22,999 nucleotides of DNA from a virus (taxonomy: Duplodnaviria > Heunggongvirae > Uroviricota > Caudoviricetes): IMG/VR virus record IMGVR_UViG_2706794690_000005; one strand, 5' to 3'. The first letter of the stretch is position 1. Each line of letters begins with the position of its first letter. Positions 18,517-22,999 of this stretch are shown here, in pieces. Both the position numbers and the translations under genes were made by a program. The notes below the pieces were generated by a model, which did not search any database, was not told the origin of the DNA, and saw nothing but the letters and a program-made list of their open reading frames with translations.

Positions 18517-18773
18517 NNNNNNNNNNNNNNNNNNNNNNNNNNNNNNNNNNNNNNNNNNNNNNNNNNNNNNNNNNNNNNNNNNNNNNNNNNNNNNNNNNNN
18601 NNNNNNNNNNNNNNNNNNNNNNNNNNNNNNNNNNNNNNNNNNNNNNNNNNNNNNNNNNNNNNNNNNNNNNNNNNNNNNNNNNNNNNNNNNNNNNNNNNNN
18701 NNNNNNNNNNNNNNNNNNNNNNNNNNNNNNNNNNNNNNNNNNNNNNNNNNNNNNNNNNNNNNNNNNNNNNNNN
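18517..18773. other. assembly gap (257 N)
   Basis: uninterrupted run of n characters; flanked upstream by a truncated L gene and downstream by the 3' end of a tape-measure (H) gene. Confidence 0.95.
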
Positions 18774-18774
18774 T

Positions 18775-19086
18775 GTTCACCGTGGTGAATTTGTCTTCAC
18801 GAAGGAGGCAACCAGCCGGATTGGCGTGGGGAATCTCTACCGGCTGATGCGCGGCTATGCGGAAGGTGGTTATGTGGGCGGTGCCGGAAGTCCGGCGCAG
18901 ATGCGGCGGGCTGAAGGCATTAATTTTAATCAGAACAATCACGTGGTGATTCAGAACGACGGTACGAATGGTCTGCCAGGTCCACAGATGATGAAGGCCG
19001 TGTATGACATGGCCCGCAAGGGTGCCCGTGATGAAATTCAGACACAGATGCGTGATGGTGGCCTGTTCTCCGGAGGTGGACGATGA
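18775..19086 (+). CDS. H: tail tape measure protein H, C-terminal fragment (5' end lost in gap)
   Basis: frame open from the gap edge; translation VHRGEFVFTKEATSRIGVGNLYRLMRGYAEGGYVG...DGTNG...KAVYDMARKGARDEIQTQMRDGGLFSGGGR matches my recollection of the lambda gpH C-terminus; stop overlaps the M start. Confidence 0.7.
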   Translation, partial: VHRGEFVFTKEATSRIGVGNLYRLMRGYAEGGYVGGAGSPAQMRRAEGINFNQNNHVVIQNDGTNGLPGPQMMKAVYDMARKGARDEIQTQMRDGGLFSGGGR

Positions 19087-19412
19087 AAACCTTCCGCTGG
19101 AAAGTGAAACCCGGTATGGATGTGGCTTCGGCCCCTTCTGTAAGAAAGGTGCGCTTTGGTGATGGCTATTCCCAGCGAGCGCCTGCCGGGCTGAATGCCA
19201 ACCTGAAAACGTACAGCGTGACGCTTTCTGTCCCCCGTGAGGAGGCCATGGTACTGGAGTCGTTTCTGGAAGAGCACGGGGGCTGGAAAGCCTTTCTGTG
19301 GACGCCGCCTTATGAGTGGCGGCAGATAAAGGTGACCTGCGCAAAATGGTCGTCGCGGGTCAGTATGCTGCGTGTTGAGTTCAGCGCAGAGTTTGAACAG
19401 GTGGTGAACTGA
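19083..19412 (+). CDS. M: minor tail protein M (lambda gpM-like)
   Basis: 109-aa ORF (MKTFRWKVKPGMDVASAPSVRKVRFGDGYSQRAPAGLNANLKTYSVTLS...), same length as lambda gpM; ATGA overlaps with both neighbours. Confidence 0.8.
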   Translation: MKTFRWKVKPGMDVASAPSVRKVRFGDGYSQRAPAGLNANLKTYSVTLSVPREEAMVLESFLEEHGGWKAFLWTPPYEWRQIKVTCAKWSSRVSMLRVEFSAEFEQVVN

Positions 19413-20110
19413 TGCAGGATATCCAACAGGAAACACTGAATGAATGCACCCGTGCGGAGCAGTCGGCCAGCGTGGTGCTCTGGGAAATCGATCTGACAGA
19501 GGTCGGTGGAGAACGTTATTTTTTCTGTAATGAGCAGAACGAAAAAGGTGAGCCGGTCACCTGGCAGGGGCGACAGTATCAGCCGTATCCCATTCAGGGG
19601 AGTGGTTTTGAACTGAATGGCAAAGGCACCAGTACGCGCCCCACGCTGATGGTTTCTAACCTGTACGGTATGGTCACCGGGATGGTGGAAGATCTGCAGA
19701 GTCTGGTCGGCGGAACGGTGGTCAGGCGTAAGGTTTACGCCCGTTTTCTGGATGCGGTGAATTTCGTCAACGGAAACAGTGATGCCGATCCGGAGCAGGA
19801 GGTGATCAGCCGCTGGCGCGTCGAGCAGTGCAGCGAACTGAGCGCGGTCAGTGCCTCCTTTGTGTTGTCCACGCCGACGGAAACGGATGGTGCTGTTTTT
19901 CCGGGGCGCATCATGCTGGCCAACACCTGCACCTGGACCTATCGCGGCGATGAGTGCGGTTATCACGGTCCGGCGGTCGCGGATGAATATGACCAGCCAA
20001 CGTCCGACATCACGAAGGATAAATGCAGCAAATGCCTGAGTGGCTGTAAGTTTCGCAATAACGTCGGCAACTTTGGCGGCTTCCTTTCCATTAACAAACT
20101 TTCGCAGTAA
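19412..20110 (+). CDS. L: minor tail protein L (lambda gpL-like), complete copy
   Basis: 232-aa ORF, same length as lambda gpL; C-terminal Cys-rich segment (DKCSKCLSGCKFRNN); followed 5 nt later by the K gene. Confidence 0.85.
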   Translation: MQDIQQETLNECTRAEQSASVVLWEIDLTEVGGERYFFCNEQNEKGEPVTWQGRQYQPYPIQGSGFELNGKGTSTRPTLMVSNLYGMVTGMVEDLQSLVGGTVVRRKVYARFLDAVNFVNGNSDADPEQEVISRWRVEQCSELSAVSASFVLSTPTETDGAVFPGRIMLANTCTWTYRGDECGYHGPAVADEYDQPTSDITKDKCSKCLSGCKFRNNVGNFGGFLSINKLSQ

Positions 20111-20115
20111 ATCCC

Positions 20116-20479
20116 ATGACAGAGACAGAATCAGCGATTCTGGCGCACGCCCGGCGATGTGCTCCAGCGGAGTCGTGCGGCTTCGTGGTAAGAACGCCGG
20201 AGGGGGAAAGATATTTCCCCTGCGTGAATATCTCCGGTGAGCCGGAGGCGTATTTCCGTATGTCGCCGGAAGACTGGCTGCAGGCAGAGATGCAGGGTGA
20301 GATTGTGGCACTGGTCCACAGCCACCCCGGTGGTCTGCCCTGGCTGAGTGAGGCCGACCGGCGGCTGCAGGTGCAGAGTGATTTGTCGTGGTGGCTGGTC
20401 TGCCGCGGGGCGATTCACAAGTTCCGCTGTGTGCCACATCTTACCGGGCGGCGCTTTGAGCACGGGGTGACGGACTGTT
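20116..20479 (+). CDS. K: tail assembly protein K (lambda gpK-like), 5' part, truncated by N gap
   Basis: ATG 20116; contains a JAMM/MPN-like metalloprotease motif HSHPGG...SEAD (about 20320-20350); frame runs into the N run at 20480. Confidence 0.7.
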
Positions 20480-21095
20480 NNNNNNNNNNNNNNNNNNNNN
20501 NNNNNNNNNNNNNNNNNNNNNNNNNNNNNNNNNNNNNNNNNNNNNNNNNNNNNNNNNNNNNNNNNNNNNNNNNNNNNNNNNNNNNNNNNNNNNNNNNNNN
20601 NNNNNNNNNNNNNNNNNNNNNNNNNNNNNNNNNNNNNNNNNNNNNNNNNNNNNNNNNNNNNNNNNNNNNNNNNNNNNNNNNNNNNNNNNNNNNNNNNNNN
20701 NNNNNNNNNNNNNNNNNNNNNNNNNNNNNNNNNNNNNNNGACAGAATCAGCGATTCTGGCGCACGCCCGGCGATGTGCGCCAGCGGAGTCGTGCGGCTTC
20801 GTGGTGAGAACACCGGAGGGGGAAAGATATTTTCCCTGCGTGAATATTTCCGGTGAGCCGGAGGAGTATTTCCGGATGGCTCCGGAGGACTGGCTGCAGG
20901 CAGAGATGCAGGGTGAGATTGTGGCGCTGGTCCACAGCCACCCCGGTGGTCTGCCCTGGCTGAGTGAGGCCGACCGGCGGCTGCAGGTGCAGAGTGATTT
21001 GTCGTGGTGGCTGGTCTGCCGCGGGGCGATTCACAAGTTCCGCTGTGTGCCGCATCTCACCGGGCGGCGCTTTGAGCACGGGGTGACGGACTGTT
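20125..21095 (+). repeat. direct repeat of the K-gene 5' region (about 355 nt per copy: 20125-20479 and 20741-21095) separated by the N gap
   Basis: the sequence after the gap restarts at K codon 4 and is collinear with 20125-20479 with scattered substitutions (for example EPEAYFRMSPEDW versus EPEEYFRMAPEDW). Confidence 0.8.
20480..20739. other. assembly gap (260 N)
   Basis: uninterrupted run of n characters; both flanks carry paralogous copies of the 5' part of the K gene. Confidence 0.95.
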
Positions 21096-21475
21096 ACACG
21101 CTGTTCCGGGACGCTTACCATCTGGCGGGGATTGAGATGCCGGATTTTCATCGTGAGGATGACTGGTGGCGTCACGGTCAGAATCTCTATCTGGATAATC
21201 TGGAGGCCACAGGGCTGTATCAGGTGCCGTTGTCAGCGGCGCAGCCGGGCGATGTGCTGCTGTGCTGTTTTGGTTCATCGGTGCCGAATCATGCCGCCAT
21301 TTACTGTGGTGACGGCGAGCTGCTGCACCATATTCCTGAACAACTGAGCAAACGAGAGAGGTACACCGACAAATGGCAGCGACGCACACACTCCCTCTGG
21401 CGTCACCGGGCATGGCACGCATCTGCCTTTACGGGGATTTGCAGCGATTTGGCCGCCGCATCGACCTTCGTGTGA
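20741..21475 (+). CDS. K: tail assembly protein K (lambda gpK-like; JAB/MPN plus NlpC/P60-like domains), start codon lies in the gap
   Basis: frame open from the gap edge to the stop at 21475; HSHPGG JAMM-like motif followed by a C-terminal region with a candidate NlpC/P60-type catalytic Cys (GVTDCYTLFRDAYH); ORF track shows only the internal GTG 20801. Confidence 0.75.
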   Translation, partial: TESAILAHARRCAPAESCGFVVRTPEGERYFPCVNISGEPEEYFRMAPEDWLQAEMQGEIVALVHSHPGGLPWLSEADRRLQVQSDLSWWLVCRGAIHKFRCVPHLTGRRFEHGVTDCYTLFRDAYHLAGIEMPDFHREDDWWRHGQNLYLDNLEATGLYQVPLSAAQPGDVLLCCFGSSVPNHAAIYCGDGELLHHIPEQLSKRERYTDKWQRRTHSLWRHRAWHASAFTGICSDLAAASTFV

Positions 21476-22020
21476 AAACGGGGGCCGAAGCCATCCGGGC
21501 ACTGGCCACACAGCTCCCGGCATTTCGTCAGAAACTGAGCGACGGCTGGTATCAGGTGCGCATTGCCGGGCGTGATGCAGGCGAAAATGAATTATCTGCC
21601 CGTCTTAATGAACCGCTGGCAAATGGTGCCGTGATCCACATCGTTCCGCGTCTGGCGGGTGCCAAAAGTGGCGGTGTGTTTCAGGCGGTGCTGGGTGCGG
21701 CGCTGATTGCGGTGGCATGGTGGAACCCTGTGGGCTGGCTGGGGGCCGCGGCTGTATCGGGTATGTATGCAGCAGGGGCCAGTATGATCCTGGGTGGTGT
21801 GGCGCAGATGCTGGCACCGAAAGCCAGGACGCCCACGGCAGCCAGTACAGATAACGGCAAACAGAACACGTATTTCTCGTCACTGGATAACATGGTTGCC
21901 CAGGGTAATGTTCTGCCTGTTCTGTACGGGGAAATGCGCGTGGGGTCACGTGTGGTTTCTCAGGAGATCAGCACGGCAGACGAAGGGGATGGTGGTCAGG
22001 TTGTGGTGATTGGTCGCTGA
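21373..22020 (+). CDS. I: tail assembly protein I (lambda gpI-like)
   Basis: 215-aa ORF overlapping the K 3' end; begins MAATHTLPLASPGMARICLYGDLQRFGRRIDLRV and ends EMRVGSRVVSQEISTADEGDGGQVVVIGR, as I recall for lambda gpI; Gly/Ala-rich hydrophobic middle. Confidence 0.8.
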   Translation: MAATHTLPLASPGMARICLYGDLQRFGRRIDLRVKTGAEAIRALATQLPAFRQKLSDGWYQVRIAGRDAGENELSARLNEPLANGAVIHIVPRLAGAKSGGVFQAVLGAALIAVAWWNPVGWLGAAAVSGMYAAGASMILGGVAQMLAPKARTPTAASTDNGKQNTYFSSLDNMVAQGNVLPVLYGEMRVGSRVVSQEISTADEGDGGQVVVIGR

Positions 22021-22039
22021 TGCAAAATGTTTTATGAGA

Positions 22040-22060
22040 AACCGCCTGCGGGCGGTTTTG
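22040..22060 (+). terminator. hairpin with short T-run in the I-J intergenic region (possible weak terminator/attenuator)
   Basis: AACCGCC-TGCG-GGCGGTT stem-loop followed by TTG, between the I stop (22020) and J start (22081). Confidence 0.3.
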
Positions 22061-22080
22061 TCGTTTATGGAGCGTGAGGA

Positions 22081-22999
22081 ATGGGTAAAGGCAGCAGTAA
22101 GGGGCATACCCCGCGCGAAGCGAAGGACAACCTGAAGTCCACGCAGCTGCTGAGTGTGATCGATGCCATCAGCGAAGGGCCGGTTGAAGGTCCGGTGGAT
22201 GGATTAAAAAGCGTGCTGCTGAACAGTACGCCGGTGCTGGACAGTGAGGGGAATACCAACATCTCCGGCGTCACGGTGGTGTTCCGGGCAGGTGAGCAGG
22301 AGCAGACACCGCCGGAGGGGTTTGAATCCTCCGGCTCCGAGACGGTGCTGGGTACGGAAGTGAAATATGACACGCCGATCACCCGCACCATCACGTCGGC
22401 AAACATCGACCGTCTGCGCTTTACCTTCGGTGTGCAGGCACTGGTGGAAACCACCTCAAAAGGGGATCGGAATCCGTCGGAGGTCCGCCTGCTGGTTCAG
22501 ATACAGCGTAATGGTGGCTGGGTGACGGAAAAAGACATCACCATTAAGGGCAAAACCACCTCGCAGTATCTGGTCTCGGTGGTGGTGGATAACCTGCCTC
22601 CGCGCCCGTTCAGTATCCGGATGCGCAGGATGACACCGGACAGCACCACAGACCAGCTGCAGAACAAAACGCTCTGGTCGTCATACACCGAAATCATCGA
22701 TGTGAAACAGTGCTACCCGAACACTGCACTGGTCGGCGTACAGGTGGACTCGGAGCAGTTCGGCAGCCAGCAGGTGAGTCGTAATTATCATCTTCGCGGG
22801 CGCATTCTGCAGGTGCCGTCGAACTATAACCCGCAGACGCGACAATACAGCGGTATCTGGGACGGAACGTTAAAACCAGCATACAGCAACAACATGGCCT
22901 GGTGTCTGTGGGATATGCTGACCCACCCGCGCTACGGCATGGGGAAACGTCTTGGTGCGGCGGATGTGGACAAATGGGCGCTGTATGTCATCGGCCAGT
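22081..22999 (+). CDS. J: tail tip / host specificity protein J (lambda gpJ-like), N-terminal part; continues beyond window
   Basis: ATG 22081 after GAGG; translation MGKGSSKGHTPREAKDNLKSTQLLSVIDAISEGPVEGPVDGLKSVLLNSTPVLD... matches my recollection of the lambda J N-terminus almost residue for residue; open to the window end. Confidence 0.85.
   Translation, partial: MGKGSSKGHTPREAKDNLKSTQLLSVIDAISEGPVEGPVDGLKSVLLNSTPVLDSEGNTNISGVTVVFRAGEQEQTPPEGFESSGSETVLGTEVKYDTPITRTITSANIDRLRFTFGVQALVETTSKGDRNPSEVRLLVQIQRNGGWVTEKDITIKGKTTSQYLVSVVVDNLPPRPFSIRMRRMTPDSTTDQLQNKTLWSSYTEIIDVKQCYPNTALVGVQVDSEQFGSQQVSRNYHLRGRILQVPSNYNPQTRQYSGIWDGTLKPAYSNNMAWCLWDMLTHPRYGMGKRLGAADVDKWALYVIGQ

Noticed and set aside
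18337-19344. ORF-track entries whose translations contain long runs of X (18337-19086 +, 18496-19344 -, 18509-18847 +, and 20415-20813 -, 20116-20856 + across the second gap)
   Set aside because: These frames are kept open only by translating the N runs; they are artefacts. Only the portions outside the gaps were called, as partial genes.
19310-20437. 375-aa minus-strand ORF antisense to the L and K genes
   Set aside because: Lies entirely opposite well-supported lambda-like + strand genes; Arg/Pro/Ala-rich low-complexity translation typical of a shadow ORF in GC-rich coding DNA; no start context.
1-22999. Scan for CRISPR arrays, tRNA/rRNA genes, integrase and IS/transposase genes
   Set aside because: No regularly spaced 25-40 nt direct repeats, no cloverleaf-like tRNA candidates and no integrase- or transposase-like ORFs recognised; the window appears to be late-region prophage DNA only.

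Overview
This window is the late (morphogenesis) region of a lambdoid, Rac-like prophage from an enterobacterial genome, almost entirely on the + strand. It opens with an AT-rich TrkG-like K+ transporter cargo gene (103-1560), followed by a translationally coupled gene pair: a ParB-like nuclease-domain protein and an uncharacterised protein with a possible DxD nucleotide-sugar-transferase signature (1698-3411). Then come packaging and head genes (small HTH protein, terminase small and large subunits, portal, Mu-F-like head morphogenesis protein, scaffold-like protein, major capsid protein), four small head-tail joining genes, major tail protein, a chaperone pair with an A_AAA_AAG -1 frameshift site, and a 1077-aa tape measure protein. 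The distal tail part (17.5-23 kb) is lambda-like (H C-terminus, M, L, K, I, start of J) but is interrupted by two N runs (18517-18773 and 20480-20739) flanked by paralogous, non-identical copies of L and of the 5' part of K. I read this as a scaffold join or repeat collapse between two related tail modules rather than proven biology. No rRNA, tRNA, CRISPR array, integrase or IS element was recognised. All functional calls rest on remembered family motifs, gene order and ORF structure; no database search was run. The most interesting candidate for an undescribed accessory system is the ParB-like/putative transferase pair sitting in the lysis-to-terminase cargo slot next to trkG.
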